Assembly (NCBI GenBank): GCA_947090525.1
Contig: CAMUON010000001.1
Location: 388,473-452,472, forward strand
Source: an uncultured Atopobium sp.
GTDB lineage: Bacteria; Actinomycetota; Coriobacteriia; Coriobacteriales; Atopobiaceae
Direction of reading: 5' to 3'
Length of the DNA stretch: 64,000 nt
A program made the translations under genes and the position numbers. The notes under the pieces were generated by a model. The model did no database searches and was not told where the DNA came from. It was given only the letters and a program-made list of their open reading frames with translations. Positions 1 through 10,898 of the stretch are shown one piece after another. Each line of letters begins with the position of its first letter. The first letter of the stretch is position 1.

Positions 1-370
1 CGAAAAGCAAATTTCCCAGGTGCTCATCGTCGCTCAACAAAGTGCCGATAAGCTTTTGGCCGATGCTCATGCCAATGCCGACGCCGTGCGTACCGAGGCA
101 GATCAAAAGGCGCGCGAAGTCATTCGTCAAGCCCTTGCTGAGAAGCAAAATGAGCTCGACGAAATCGACCGTCTCAAGCAATCGCAAGAGAATTTCCGCA
201 GCGCGTACAAAAAGATGTTGCAGCACTTTATGGATGACGCTGATTCTGTGCTTCCGCGCAAAGGTGCAAACGGTTCTAGCGATATTTCGCTTGCAAGTGC
301 CGAAAAAGAGCCTCAAAGCTCGGTAAGTGCAAGCGCACCCACGCTTGGAGATTTTTCTGATCTCGACTAA
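1..370 (+). CDS. DivIVA-like cell division protein, 5'-truncated at window edge (reading frame continues upstream of position 1)
   Basis: Frame is open from base 2. Coiled-coil sequence rich in A/E/Q/K/R (ADAHANADAVRTEADQKAREVIRQALAEKQNELDEIDRLK) typical of a DivIVA C-terminal region. Stop at 368-370. Confidence 0.5.
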   Translation, partial: EKQISQVLIVAQQSADKLLADAHANADAVRTEADQKAREVIRQALAEKQNELDEIDRLKQSQENFRSAYKKMLQHFMDDADSVLPRKGANGSSDISLASAEKEPQSSVSASAPTLGDFSDLD

Positions 371-527
371 GTACGGGCTTTGCGTACTACGCGTGGCTTT
401 GCTCAGTTGTGTCGCTTGAGTTTTGCTAATCCTCTTACAAGATTGACAGCTCACATGTTGGTAATCCTATGCCGCCTGCATAGCTTTATGCCGGCGGTAT
501 TTTATGCACATTAGTTTGGAGTAATGC

Positions 528-2180
528 ATGAATAGTTGGAATTCTTTGTATTCGCATCACAATGAGACGAAGGGAGACGGCGTGTGCGCGCAGCTTCGGT
601 TCTCTCGTCTGCCTAAATTGCTCATTCAGACGGCGCTTGTGAGCTCGTGTTTTGCCTTTGGCATGCAGCTAGCGCCTGCATCCGCAGAAACGCTTGTAGC
701 ACCTGCGGCTGCAAGCGTTACTCTTAAGTCTTCGTCTGCGCAGGACGCGCGTATATCTTCGCAAGATGTGCGCAAGCAGAGCGCAGCAGCTGCAAACTCG
801 GCAGCAGCGACATCCACGCCCACGTCCGCAAAACAGAGCGTGCCTGAGCACGTTCTTGTAAAAGCTACGGAAAAGAGCGCAGACGATGCAGCTGTTACTA
901 CCGCATCGTTCAATACTCCTGGCTGGGTGCAAAATAGCGACGGCAGCTTCTCCATCCGCTGTGCTGACGGCTCTTGGACTACGAGCTCATGGACAAAAGA
1001 CGCAGATGGTTGGCACTATTTCGACGAAACGGGCCGTGCGGTTAATGGCTGGTACAAAACTCCCAATGGCAAGTGGTTCTTCTTTGAAGCAAACGGTTTT
1101 CATCCTACGCTTAAGCTGGGCGTTTGTATGTCAAATGGCTATCCGTATTGGATCGATGAAAGCCAAGGCCTTCTCTACGACGGCTGGATCCAAAATCCGG
1201 ATGGTAGCTGGATGCATACCGATCAATGGGGCATCCTCGTAAGTGGTTGGTACCAGACCCCTAATGGCAAATGGTGGTATTTCTCTCCAAACGATCACAA
1301 ATTGGTGACAGGCGATTGCTTTGTCAACGGCTACCACTACTGGATCGATGTTGACCGTGGCCTCTATTACAGCGGCTGGATTCACAACCTGGACGGTAGC
1401 TGGATGCGCACCGATCAGTGGGGTATCCTTGCGAGTGGTTGGTACAGAACTCCCAACTATAAGTGGTTCTATTTCGATCCTCAGACGTTCAAAGCGGTTA
1501 TCGGCGCATGTGAAGTCGATGGCAAGACGTACTACATCGATGAATCCAAAGGTCTTGTGTACAACTGCACGGTGAACATCGATGGCCGCCGCGTGCATGT
1601 GAACGACCAGGGAATTATCACCGAAAATATTCAGCCGAGAAGCTACGTTAATCCCGCGCTTGATCCCAACGCGCAACAGCCAGCAAATCGACTTTTACGT
1701 GTCGCGACGGGCGAAATTGGTTACCGTGGCGACGATGATCCCGAGCCTGGTAGTAAGTATGGCCGTTGGATGGCAGATGTCACGGGCATCGATTGGTTAA
1801 GAGGTCCTTCTCGTGATATATGGTGGTGCGCAATCTTTGTATCCTGGTGCTTCGATCATGCGCAAGTGGATTGGAGTGCACTCCCAAGCTACAACTGCGA
1901 TCAGATTCTGAGCCGTGCACGTTCATACGGCGACGCAACCATTCTCGATAATCCTCACGACTGTCGCAAGGGTGATGTGGCGCTCTACGACTTCGATGGT
2001 AATGGATCGTGCGATCATATCGGTATTATTGAATCGAATAATGGGAACACGATCACAGCGATCGAAGGCAATACGCACCCAGATGACAACGGCTCTCAAA
2101 ACGCTGGTAATGGCGTGTGGAGAAGAGTCCGCGGATTTGATGTTATACGTGCGGTTATTCGCCCGAATTCGCTGAACTAG
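528..2180 (+). CDS. Secreted peptidoglycan hydrolase: N-terminal signal/TM, about 8 cell-wall-binding (choline/glucan-binding-type YG) repeats, C-terminal CHAP amidase/peptidase domain
   Basis: GGAG RBS upstream of the ATG. Repeated GWxxxxDGSW...WYKTPNGKWFYF motifs. C-terminal Cys...His CHAP-like block (WWCAIFVSWCF ... CDHIGII). Confidence 0.75.
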   Translation: MNSWNSLYSHHNETKGDGVCAQLRFSRLPKLLIQTALVSSCFAFGMQLAPASAETLVAPAAASVTLKSSSAQDARISSQDVRKQSAAAANSAAATSTPTSAKQSVPEHVLVKATEKSADDAAVTTASFNTPGWVQNSDGSFSIRCADGSWTTSSWTKDADGWHYFDETGRAVNGWYKTPNGKWFFFEANGFHPTLKLGVCMSNGYPYWIDESQGLLYDGWIQNPDGSWMHTDQWGILVSGWYQTPNGKWWYFSPNDHKLVTGDCFVNGYHYWIDVDRGLYYSGWIHNLDGSWMRTDQWGILASGWYRTPNYKWFYFDPQTFKAVIGACEVDGKTYYIDESKGLVYNCTVNIDGRRVHVNDQGIITENIQPRSYVNPALDPNAQQPANRLLRVATGEIGYRGDDDPEPGSKYGRWMADVTGIDWLRGPSRDIWWCAIFVSWCFDHAQVDWSALPSYNCDQILSRARSYGDATILDNPHDCRKGDVALYDFDGNGSCDHIGIIESNNGNTITAIEGNTHPDDNGSQNAGNGVWRRVRGFDVIRAVIRPNSLN

Positions 2181-2392
2181 CGCGTACGCGTGTAGCTTTT
2201 TGGTTTTGGCGCGCACGATAACTCAAGCGCTTTTGAATGGAATAGTGGAGCGCGGATGCGAAAGCGTCCGCGTTTTTTCGCTTCGCCTGAACGATTATTT
2301 GCAGGAAGAATTTGCGAAAGCTGATACGGGGAGTTTACGCGGAGAGAGTATCGAAAAGCGCACACGAAGCAGCCAAAAATGCTTGCACAAGA

Positions 2393-2752
2393 TTATGCAA
2401 AGCGAGCCTATAAGCCGGGTTCTGTCGTGGGCGACAATTTATCTAGGGCATATATTGCTATATGTCTCAAGCACGCTACCCGAGTGCAGATCGGGCCAAT
2501 CCTCAGCACTCCTATTTGCGCTTGCTCCAAATGGGGCTTGCCAAGCCACTCCATTGCTGGGGTGCTGGTAGTCTCTTACACTACCGTTTCAGCTTTTCTC
2601 TTACCGCGCATGCGGCAGCGGGAGTCTTCTTTTCTGCGGCGCTTTCCGTCGGGTTTCCCCGCCTGGCTGTTAGCCAGCATTTTGCCCTGTGGAGCCCGGA
2701 CTTTCCTCATGTCTTATAAAAGACCCGTAGCCGCCCGGCTCGCTTTGCAAGC
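2393..2752 (-). ncRNA. rnpB: RNase P RNA (bacterial type A)
   Basis: Minus strand contains GGAAAGTCCGGGCTCCACAGGGCA (P4 region) and the 3' P4 partner ACAGAACCCGGCTTAT. P1 helix GCAAAGCGAGCC / GGCTCGCTTTGC closes the molecule. Two plus-strand ORFs (2379-2816, 2462-2719) overlap it and are spurious. Confidence 0.85.
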
Positions 2753-2880
2753 ATTCATTGTAGCATTGAGCGCATACGTGTTTTGCTTTCGCGCGCACGC
2801 TCTCATAAAAAACTAGAAACGCATATTGTGCTATCCTCAAAAGTACATGTGGAAATACACGAAGATATCAAGGAGTAGCT

Positions 2881-3114
2881 ATGGCACGTTCGGACAACGC
2901 GCAGGTGAGCGCGTCTCAGGTGGATTCGTCTTTGGAGGAGCAAAAGGAGACATCTACTTCAAAGGCTCCCGCGCCTGACACTACTCATGATGATTCAAGT
3001 AGAATTTTTCGTATCAATATGATCGCATACGTTCTCCTCATGGTGGTCTTCTATGGCATTTTCATTGTATATGCTGTAATACCAGGTATTTCTTCTTGGC
3101 TTGCTACGCGCTAG
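2881..3114 (+). CDS. Small hypothetical protein with C-terminal transmembrane helix
   Basis: AGGAG RBS 7 nt upstream of the ATG. 77 aa, hydrophobic C-terminus (MIAYVLLMVVFYGIFIVYAVIPGI). Confidence 0.35.
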   Translation: MARSDNAQVSASQVDSSLEEQKETSTSKAPAPDTTHDDSSRIFRINMIAYVLLMVVFYGIFIVYAVIPGISSWLATR

Positions 3115-4093
3115 CGCACCCATATCCGCGCTTGTGAGCCCTCAATGTTCAACACGATACGAAAGTCACACTATGACAGATACCAGCTCATCATCACATA
3201 CACGTATGCAAGATTTTGCATCACATGCTGACCTACCCGTTGGCGCAGATATCCGTCTTGTGTTAAGCGATATCGATGGCACGCTCGTGGGCGCTGACCA
3301 TCATCCCATTCCCGCTTCAAAGCCCTATATTCATGAGCTTATGGAATACATGCCGCTTTGTCTGGTTTCTGCGCGCTCGCCCGAGGGTATCTTTTCGGTG
3401 CAAAAACCCCTGGATATCCATGGTGCTTATGCAGCATATTCTGGAGCCTATGTTGTAGATGCGTCTGGGCGCGAGCTATATAGCACAACGATTCCCTTGT
3501 CCGCAGCTCTGGCTATCAAAGAGTACCTGACGCGCGCGTTGCCAAACATTGCTGTGGGTACCTATGCCTTTAACACCTGGATTGTAGACGATGCACACAA
3601 CATCTATGTTGAGCGCGAAGCTCATTTTGTGCAGACTTCGCCTGCTGTATGCCGTGATCTCTCGAGCGCCTTTGATGAGCGCGGTATTCACAAGTTTTTG
3701 CTGATGGGGGAGCCAACAGATATTGCTCAAGCCGAGCAGACACTTGCTCTTCGCTATCCGGAGCTCTTCGTCGTTCGTTCAAACGATATCTTATGTGAAA
3801 TTATGAATAAGAACGCAAGCAAGAAAAAGGCCGCCGAATTATTATGCAAAGCTCATGGCGTGCTGCCCGAAAACGCTGCCGCTTTTGGTGATGGTCCCAA
3901 CGATCTTGATATGCTCGACGCTGTTTCGTATAGTTTTGCGATGAAAAATGCTGAGGACCAGGTGAAAGCTCGCGCTCACTTCCTTTGTCCCTGGACAAAC
4001 GAAGAATGCGGGGTTCCTCGTACGATTCTTGCGATTCATGCGTCCAACGCAGGTCATAACCCAGGTCATAACCCAGGCCAATGCAGCTCATAA
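3101..4093 (+). CDS. HAD-superfamily hydrolase, Cof-like (subfamily IIB); alternative start at 3173
   Basis: Motif I LSDIDGTLV and motif IV GDGPND...DML. C-terminus ends in an HNPGHNPG tandem repeat. Confidence 0.7.
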   Translation: MLRASAPISALVSPQCSTRYESHTMTDTSSSSHTRMQDFASHADLPVGADIRLVLSDIDGTLVGADHHPIPASKPYIHELMEYMPLCLVSARSPEGIFSVQKPLDIHGAYAAYSGAYVVDASGRELYSTTIPLSAALAIKEYLTRALPNIAVGTYAFNTWIVDDAHNIYVEREAHFVQTSPAVCRDLSSAFDERGIHKFLLMGEPTDIAQAEQTLALRYPELFVVRSNDILCEIMNKNASKKKAAELLCKAHGVLPENAAAFGDGPNDLDMLDAVSYSFAMKNAEDQVKARAHFLCPWTNEECGVPRTILAIHASNAGHNPGHNPGQCSS

Positions 4094-4339
4094 CGCAGGC
4101 CATACCACAGCTCATAGATGATTCGTGTGCGCGCGCAGATGCAGTAGCATTTTGTTTCCGGATGCCGTATCATGGTGATCAGAGTTTGATATGAGCCGTG
4201 CGTATACATACATCTGCGATGCATACACGTGCTCATACATGGGTTGAGTGTTAAAAGCGCTCCCTCATTCGTACTGAGCTATAGCTCAGCGCACCAACAT
4301 AGAGCTTGAATTTTGATATTTCTTGTTGAAGGAGAGGTT

Positions 4340-7300
4340 ATGGCAAGAAAATTCAAGTCGATGGATGGTAATGAGGCTTGCGCGTACGTTTCCTATGCAT
4401 ATACAGAAGTAGCTGGTATTTATCCCATTACCCCATCGAGCCCCATGGCCGATCATGTAGATATTTGGTCATCTCAGGGCAAGAAAAATATGTTTGGCAC
4501 GCGTGTACGTGTCATCGAGATGGAGTCTGAAGCAGGCGCTGCCGGCACCATTCACGGTGCTCTTGGCACGGGCGCCTTAGCTACAACGTATACCGCTTCG
4601 CAAGGCCTGTTGCTCATGATTCCCAACATGTACAAGATTGCGGCCGAGCAGCTCCCGTGTGTCTTTCATGTAGCTGCGCGTTCTATCGCTACGCACGCTC
4701 TCAGCATTTTTGGCGACCACTCCGATGTCATGGCCTGTAGGCAAACGGGTTTTGCTATGCTCGCCGAGACCAATCCGCAGGAAGTCATGGATCTCGCTCC
4801 TGTTGCGCACATGGCCGCGCTTGAGGGGAAGGTACCGTTCATCAATTTCTTTGATGGATTTAGGACCTCTCACGAAGTGCAAAAAGTCGCAGTCTGGGAC
4901 TACGCAGATCTCAAAGACATGTACGATTTCCAGGCGCTTCAGCGTTTTCGCTCCTCCGCGCTCAATCCGGAGCATCCGCACATGAGGGGATCCCACCAAA
5001 ATCCGGACATTTATTTCCAAAACCGAGAAGCCATAAATCCCGTATACAACGACCTCACGTCCACGATCGAGAGTTGCATGGCGCGCGTCAATGCAAAACT
5101 GCACACCAATTACGGTTTTTTCAATTACTACGGCGCCGCTGATGCGACACGCGTAATTGTGTGCATGGGGTCGTTTTGCGACACGATCGAAGAAGTCATC
5201 GACTACCTCAGAGCTCAAGGCGAAAAAGTTGGACTGATAAAAGTGCGTGTATATCGGCCGTTTTCGGTTGAACATTTTATGCGCATCTTGCCACGCACGT
5301 GCACAAAACTAGCTGTTCTCGATCGCACAAAAGAGCCCGGTGCCATCGGCGAGCCGCTTTATCAAGATGTGCTTGCAGCGCTTGTTGAAGGTGGGCGCGC
5401 GGGCGCGCAAGATATTCGCGTAATTGGCGGACGCTATGGTCTTGGCTCCAAAGACACGCCTCCTTCTTCGGCGTTTGCCGTATTTGAAGAGCTCAAAAAA
5501 GACGCGCCCAAGCGTGAATTTACCATAGGGATCGAAGATGACCTCACGCATCTATCGCTTGCAGAAGACGCTCACGCCCCCAATACCTCGGCTCCTTCTA
5601 CGATAGAATGCAAATTTTGGGGACTCGGCGGCGACGGTACGGTGGGCGCGAACAAAAATTCCATCAAGATTATCGGCGATCATAGCGACATGTTCGTCCA
5701 GGCCTATTTCCAGTACGACTCCAAAAAAACGGGCGGCGTAACTGTGTCGCACCTGCGCTTTGGCGCGCATCCCATAAAAAGTTCCTATTACGTGACCAAG
5801 GCGGATTTTGTGGCGTGCCACAATCCTTCCTACATCATTCAGGGCTTTAAGATGGTGCGCGATTGCAAGCCCAATGCAACCTTTTTGGTAAATTGCCAGT
5901 GGGACGAAGAAGAGTTTTCTAGGCATCTAAACGCCGAGGCAAAGCGCTATATTTATGCCAATCATATCAAGGTCTATCTCATCAACGCGATTGATATTGC
6001 GCGCGAGGTAGGTATGGGCAAGCGTACAAACACCGTGCTACAATCAGCCTTTTTCGCTCTTTCGCATGTGTTGCCTAAGGATGCGGCCATGCGCTATATG
6101 AAAGAATATGCGACCGCGAGCTACAGCAAAAAGGGCGAAGATATTGTGCGCGCAAATCACTTGGCAATTGATCGCGGCGCACACGCATTTACCCAGGTAC
6201 ATGTGCCTGAATCCTGGAAAGATGCGAAAGATACCCCGCATCATACAACCCTTAAGGGTCGCGCAGAAATCGTCTCGCAGGTACAAAAGCTCCTGCGGCC
6301 CATTAATCTCATGCAAGGCGATAGTATCCGCGTTTCGGCATTTAAAGACCATGCAAACGGAGAATTCGAGCTGGGGACCGCAGCATACGAAAAGCGCGGC
6401 GTGGCTACCATGGTGCCTCATTGGGACGAAAGCAAGTGCATACAATGCAACAACTGTGCCTACGTGTGCCCGCATGCAACCATACGCCCCGTTGCGCTGA
6501 CGCCGGAAGAAACGCTCGCAGCTCCTGAAAACATGCGCATGATCGATGCGGTGGGGAAGGGTGCAAAAGGCCTCAAGTTTTCGATTTCCGTATCGCCTCT
6601 GGATTGCATGGGATGCGCAAACTGCGTGTATGTGTGCCCCAAGGATTGCTTGACTATGGTTCCTTTAGAGCAAGAATTGCCTCAGCAAAAGGTATGGGAT
6701 TGGGCGTGCGATTTCGACAACGTTTCCGAAAAGCCCGAGCTAGAGAGCTTAAGCGTGAAAGGCTCTCAGTTCAAAAATCCCTATCTCGAGTTTTCGGGCG
6801 CGTGTGCAGGATGCGCAGAAACGGGATATGCCCGCGTTGTCACGCAGCTCTTTGGCGATCGACTCTTCATTTCAAACGCGACGGGCTGCTCATCCATCTG
6901 GGGAAACCCAAGTACCTGTTCGCCGTTTAGCTGCGATCGCAAAGGGCACGGCCCCGCGTGGAACAATTCGCTCTTTGAGGATAACGCCGAGCACGGACTT
7001 GGCATGGAGCTTGGCTACATGTCACAACAAGAGCGCCTGGTAGAAGAGACAAATGCACTTCTGGCGATGCCGGGGCTTGAGCCAAAGCTTAAGGACGCTG
7101 CGGAGGCTTGGCTTGATGCCCGTATGCGTCCTGGAGATTCCGAGGCATGTGCCCGCACCTACCTCGCGCTCCTCAAGGATGTAGATCTGCCTCAAGCTAG
7201 AGAAATCTTGCGCAATCGCGAGTTTTTGACGAAAAAGTCGTTTTGGATTTTTGGCGGTGACGGTTGGGCGTACGACATCGGTTTTGGCGGGCTTGATCAC

Positions 7301-7888
7301 GTGCTTGCCACGGGTGCAGACGTCAACGTCTTTGTGTTTGATACCGAAATGTATTCAAATACGGGCGGACAAGCCTCAAAGGCATCGAATCTAGGTCAGG
7401 TCGCGCAATTTTCGGCATCGGGCAAAGCTCAAGGAAAGAAGCCGCTTGCCGAGATTGCGATGAACTACGGAAATGTGTACGTCGCCCAGGTAGCGATGGG
7501 TGCAAATCCTGCGCAAACGCTTAAGGCCGTTGCTGAGGCTGAGGCCTATCCAGGTCCTTCTCTCATTATTGGATATTCGCCGTGCGAGATGCATGCGATC
7601 AAAGGCGGGATGGCAAACTGCCAAAACGAGATGAAACGCGCTGTTGATTGTGGGTATTGGAATCTGTTCCGTTTTAATCCTGCGTCTCCTAAGGGCAAAA
7701 AATTCCATCTCGATTCGCGCGAGCCCAAGGGAGGATATCGCGACTTTCTCATGAATGAGGCACGCTATTCACGCTTGGTGCGCGAGCATCCCGAGCATGC
7801 AGATGAGCTGCTCGAGAAGAATGAAGAGGCAGCACTTGCGCGCTATGAGTATCTGACAAAGCTTAAGACCCTGTATGCCGACGTGTAG
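4340..7888 (+). CDS. nifJ: Pyruvate:ferredoxin (flavodoxin) oxidoreductase
   Basis: About 1180 aa. Two 4Fe-4S ferredoxin motifs (CIQCNNCAYVCPHA, CMGCANCVYVCP), TPP-binding GDGW motif, GAGG RBS. The ORF begins at 4313 but the ATG at 4340 has the RBS. Confidence 0.9.
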   Translation: MARKFKSMDGNEACAYVSYAYTEVAGIYPITPSSPMADHVDIWSSQGKKNMFGTRVRVIEMESEAGAAGTIHGALGTGALATTYTASQGLLLMIPNMYKIAAEQLPCVFHVAARSIATHALSIFGDHSDVMACRQTGFAMLAETNPQEVMDLAPVAHMAALEGKVPFINFFDGFRTSHEVQKVAVWDYADLKDMYDFQALQRFRSSALNPEHPHMRGSHQNPDIYFQNREAINPVYNDLTSTIESCMARVNAKLHTNYGFFNYYGAADATRVIVCMGSFCDTIEEVIDYLRAQGEKVGLIKVRVYRPFSVEHFMRILPRTCTKLAVLDRTKEPGAIGEPLYQDVLAALVEGGRAGAQDIRVIGGRYGLGSKDTPPSSAFAVFEELKKDAPKREFTIGIEDDLTHLSLAEDAHAPNTSAPSTIECKFWGLGGDGTVGANKNSIKIIGDHSDMFVQAYFQYDSKKTGGVTVSHLRFGAHPIKSSYYVTKADFVACHNPSYIIQGFKMVRDCKPNATFLVNCQWDEEEFSRHLNAEAKRYIYANHIKVYLINAIDIAREVGMGKRTNTVLQSAFFALSHVLPKDAAMRYMKEYATASYSKKGEDIVRANHLAIDRGAHAFTQVHVPESWKDAKDTPHHTTLKGRAEIVSQVQKLLRPINLMQGDSIRVSAFKDHANGEFELGTAAYEKRGVATMVPHWDESKCIQCNNCAYVCPHATIRPVALTPEETLAAPENMRMIDAVGKGAKGLKFSISVSPLDCMGCANCVYVCPKDCLTMVPLEQELPQQKVWDWACDFDNVSEKPELESLSVKGSQFKNPYLEFSGACAGCAETGYARVVTQLFGDRLFISNATGCSSIWGNPSTCSPFSCDRKGHGPAWNNSLFEDNAEHGLGMELGYMSQQERLVEETNALLAMPGLEPKLKDAAEAWLDARMRPGDSEACARTYLALLKDVDLPQAREILRNREFLTKKSFWIFGGDGWAYDIGFGGLDHVLATGADVNVFVFDTEMYSNTGGQASKASNLGQVAQFSASGKAQGKKPLAEIAMNYGNVYVAQVAMGANPAQTLKAVAEAEAYPGPSLIIGYSPCEMHAIKGGMANCQNEMKRAVDCGYWNLFRFNPASPKGKKFHLDSREPKGGYRDFLMNEARYSRLVREHPEHADELLEKNEEAALARYEYLTKLKTLYADV

Positions 7889-7996
7889 ACGCACGCGGGC
7901 GGGCATGCTGATGCGCGGGGATGCGTTCTTTTCTTCGAGTGCGCGCCCGCACTTTCGAGCTGCTGCGTTTTCTAGCCGCGTTTGAGCACGTGCTTC

Positions 7997-10315
7997 CTAG
8001 GCTCGACTGATCGTTTTTCTATATGCGTCCAAGAGCTTTGAGAACGCTCCTTGCGACACGATGTCTACGTTTTGCGTTGCGCGCGAAATCGCCGTATAGA
8101 GCTCGCGCCTCGAGAGCGCTTCTGCCTGGGGATTGCTGGGGTATGAAGCTTCAGACGCGTCCGCCACGAGCACGCGATCAAATTCGAGCCCTTTTGCATG
8201 CTTAAGCGTGAGAATTACGATGCCCTCATGGGGAAGAATCTGATGTTTGTCAATGAGCTGAGGGGCGCGTGTACACCCGTGCTCGTTGCAATAGGAAATA
8301 AGCTGCTTTACCAGCCATTTTGCCAAGGGTTCATGATGACAGATGATTGCAGAAAGTCCCTCTTTTGTTTGCATATCGTATACCCAGCGCCCAATCGTAT
8401 TCACATACGCTGAGCTATCATCCTCGTCTACTTTCGTAAATCGGGGAAGCTCGCCTGCACGCTGCACTGAATGCAGAGCTGTATGACTCACATCTTCTTG
8501 ATCCTGAAAGAGGCTCCAAAACGTTTGCGTAATTTCTGGCGTCGAGCGATAACTTGTTTGCAAACGCGCCCGCCACACCTTCTTTCCTGCCTGCGTAAAC
8601 AGCTGCTCCATCTCGTTAAAATTGGTGGAGCCAGCGCGTATGGCCTGATGATCGTCTCCGAGTATCAGAAAATGTGCATGTTGAAAACACGCAATCAAGC
8701 ATTCAAGCTGTGCTGCCGTGAAGTCTTGTGCCTCATCAATCGCAAGATACAAGAAGGGTTTGGGCTCGTAGGAGCTCATGAGCGTATGCAGGTACAAAAT
8801 TTCTACCGAGCTTGGATTATCTTTTTGAAGCAGGCGTTTCGTGATTGCAGGATAGTTGCACCAGCGTTCATCTTCGATATCCTGGTGTGCGCTTCCAAAG
8901 AGTGCTTGAGCAAATTTTTTTGCGGCGCGCAGGATTTCTTCGTCATTTTTGGGGGCAATGACCTCGCCAAACACTTCCATTTGCTCTTCTACATCAAGCT
9001 CCATCATCTTGTCTTGGAGCCATTCTGCACGGGCAAGTTGCGCGATACGCGCGGAGAGCCGGGTGTGCAGCTCGTCTTTCATAAGTGCTATGAGTTTGGG
9101 CCCCACGGGGATGTCTTTGAACTTCTGGAGCGCGTTCTCGATTGCGGAAACTTTGACAAGTAGCTGGTCACCTTTTGCTATTGCACAAAGATCTGCAGGT
9201 AAAAGGCTTATTTTTGGCATATGCGCACGTATTGATGCAAGATCTTCTCGCGAGGTCTCGCGTCCCTCGCCCGCGCTCAAAAGCCCCTCCTCCGCGATAA
9301 AACTCTTCCAGGTGAAGGTCTTGGGGTTTTGCTCGCCGAGGCTGGGGAGCACCATATTGATGTAATGTTCAAAAATCGTATTCGGCGCAAAAAGTCCTAT
9401 CTGATCTGCACGTAAGCTTCCGCGCATGTCGCTTCGCTTTTGGTAGAGCAAATAAGCGATGCGCTGCAGCATTACCGACGTTTTTCCAGAACCCGCGATA
9501 CCTTCCACGAGCATCGCGTCCACATCTTCATGCCGGATGACCTCGTTTTGTTCGCGTTGTATTGTTGCGGTGATCGCCTTGAGCTTTTCGGTGTGGGTCT
9601 TGGACAGCACGTGCAAAAGCAGTGAATCTTCTATTGCGATGTCGGAATCAAAATAGCTCTTGAGCGTCTGTTCTTGTATGTCGAATTGGCGCCTGAGCAA
9701 AAGCTCGACTTCTCGTGTTTTGCCATCGACCATGTAACTTGTTTTTCCCATGCCCTGGTCGTAGTAGGTGCTCGCAACGGGGCTTCGCCAGTCGATGATG
9801 AGAGGCGCGCGCTTTTGGTCGGTGATGCCTACGCTTCCGATGTAGACCTCGCGCGGAGGTCTGTTCGGGCGCATCTGGAGGACAACTTTTGCGAAGTAGG
9901 GCTGCAAAAGGAGGGTGTCGATACGTTTTTGGCGTTCAGCATCGAAGTCGTGCTTTTGGTTGTACGAGTCGATGAGCTGGTTAAGGCCTTCGATTGCGGC
10001 GTAGCTTTCCATCTCCTCGTCGTCTGAACCGAGATTTGTGCGGACCTCGCTCGAAAGCGCAGCAAGGTCTTTTTTTGCCTGCTCGTGATCATGAGTCATG
10101 CGTTTGGCAAGAACATCGCGCTCGTCGAGAAGTTCCTGGTAGACCTTGGTGAGATGTGCCTGTTCCTGGGTAAAAACGGGGTCTTTTTGGGCGAGGGAGC
10201 TGGGATTGGGATTTGAGTTGGAGCTGGAGCAGGAGCTAGATTCGGGCTGCTCAGGCACTTGGCTTTGATTCTTGTTTTGCTCGTGTTCGCGCGCGTTTGG
10301 CGTGGCGTTAGTCAT
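7997..10315 (-). CDS. UvrD/HelD-like ATP-dependent DNA helicase (helicase IV family)
   Basis: Walker A GIAGSGKTSV, UvrD-like C-terminal domain (ILGDDHQAI ... GLEFDRVLV). Low-complexity S/N/P-rich N-terminus. Confidence 0.7.
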   Translation of the reverse strand: MTNATPNAREHEQNKNQSQVPEQPESSSCSSSNSNPNPSSLAQKDPVFTQEQAHLTKVYQELLDERDVLAKRMTHDHEQAKKDLAALSSEVRTNLGSDDEEMESYAAIEGLNQLIDSYNQKHDFDAERQKRIDTLLLQPYFAKVVLQMRPNRPPREVYIGSVGITDQKRAPLIIDWRSPVASTYYDQGMGKTSYMVDGKTREVELLLRRQFDIQEQTLKSYFDSDIAIEDSLLLHVLSKTHTEKLKAITATIQREQNEVIRHEDVDAMLVEGIAGSGKTSVMLQRIAYLLYQKRSDMRGSLRADQIGLFAPNTIFEHYINMVLPSLGEQNPKTFTWKSFIAEEGLLSAGEGRETSREDLASIRAHMPKISLLPADLCAIAKGDQLLVKVSAIENALQKFKDIPVGPKLIALMKDELHTRLSARIAQLARAEWLQDKMMELDVEEQMEVFGEVIAPKNDEEILRAAKKFAQALFGSAHQDIEDERWCNYPAITKRLLQKDNPSSVEILYLHTLMSSYEPKPFLYLAIDEAQDFTAAQLECLIACFQHAHFLILGDDHQAIRAGSTNFNEMEQLFTQAGKKVWRARLQTSYRSTPEITQTFWSLFQDQEDVSHTALHSVQRAGELPRFTKVDEDDSSAYVNTIGRWVYDMQTKEGLSAIICHHEPLAKWLVKQLISYCNEHGCTRAPQLIDKHQILPHEGIVILTLKHAKGLEFDRVLVADASEASYPSNPQAEALSRRELYTAISRATQNVDIVSQGAFSKLLDAYRKTISRA

Positions 10316-10898
10316 GATATACCTCGTGTTCTATCTTGCGTTTGAGTTCTTGGATGCCTTCTTTAGTCTCGCTCGAGGTAATGATCATCTGCTGCGGGGA
10401 GAGGCCAAAGGCTTGCGCGAGTTGCGCGCGTGCGCGCGTGCGCTTCGAGTGGGGGAGTTTGTCTGCTTTGGTGAGCGCTATGACAAAGGGAAGTTCTTCG
10501 TCTTTGACGAAATTGATCATGTCAATGTCGAGTTTCTGCGCGGGGATGCGTATATCAACGAGGCAAATGACCAGATTAAAGCTCCGATTTTGATCAAAAT
10601 AGCCGCTGATAAGATCGGCCCAGCGCTCGCGCTCAGCTTTTGAGACTTTTGCAAAACCGTATCCGGGAAGATCGACAAAGCGTACGCCGTCTGCGGTAAA
10701 GAAATTGATATTGGCCGTTTTACCTGGTTGACTACTGGTGCGTGCGAGCGCTTTGCGGGAGAAAAGGGCATTGATGAGGGACGATTTACCCACGTTTGAG
10801 CGCCCGCAAAAGACGATTTCGGGAGTTGTGGAGGGGGGAAGTTGCTCGGGCGTGCCATATGCTGCTTCAAATGCGACCTGTTCGTAGTGAAGGGCCAT
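10308..10898 (-). CDS. engB: Ribosome biogenesis GTP-binding protein YihA/YsxC
   Basis: G1 motif GRSNVGKSSLINAL, DLPGYG. About 196 aa. Overlaps the helicase start by 8 nt. Confidence 0.85.
   Translation of the reverse strand: MALHYEQVAFEAAYGTPEQLPPSTTPEIVFCGRSNVGKSSLINALFSRKALARTSSQPGKTANINFFTADGVRFVDLPGYGFAKVSKAERERWADLISGYFDQNRSFNLVICLVDIRIPAQKLDIDMINFVKDEELPFVIALTKADKLPHSKRTRARAQLAQAFGLSPQQMIITSSETKEGIQELKRKIEHEVYHD

Noticed and set aside
2379-2816. Plus-strand ORFs (145 and 85 aa) between the CHAP gene and the small membrane protein
   Set aside because: They overlap the minus-strand RNase P RNA, which explains the region.
4577-5275. 232-aa minus-strand ORF inside nifJ
   Set aside because: Antisense to a highly conserved PFOR segment.
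8471-9163. 230-aa plus-strand ORF inside the helicase gene
   Set aside because: Antisense to the Walker A/UvrD helicase region; no motifs.
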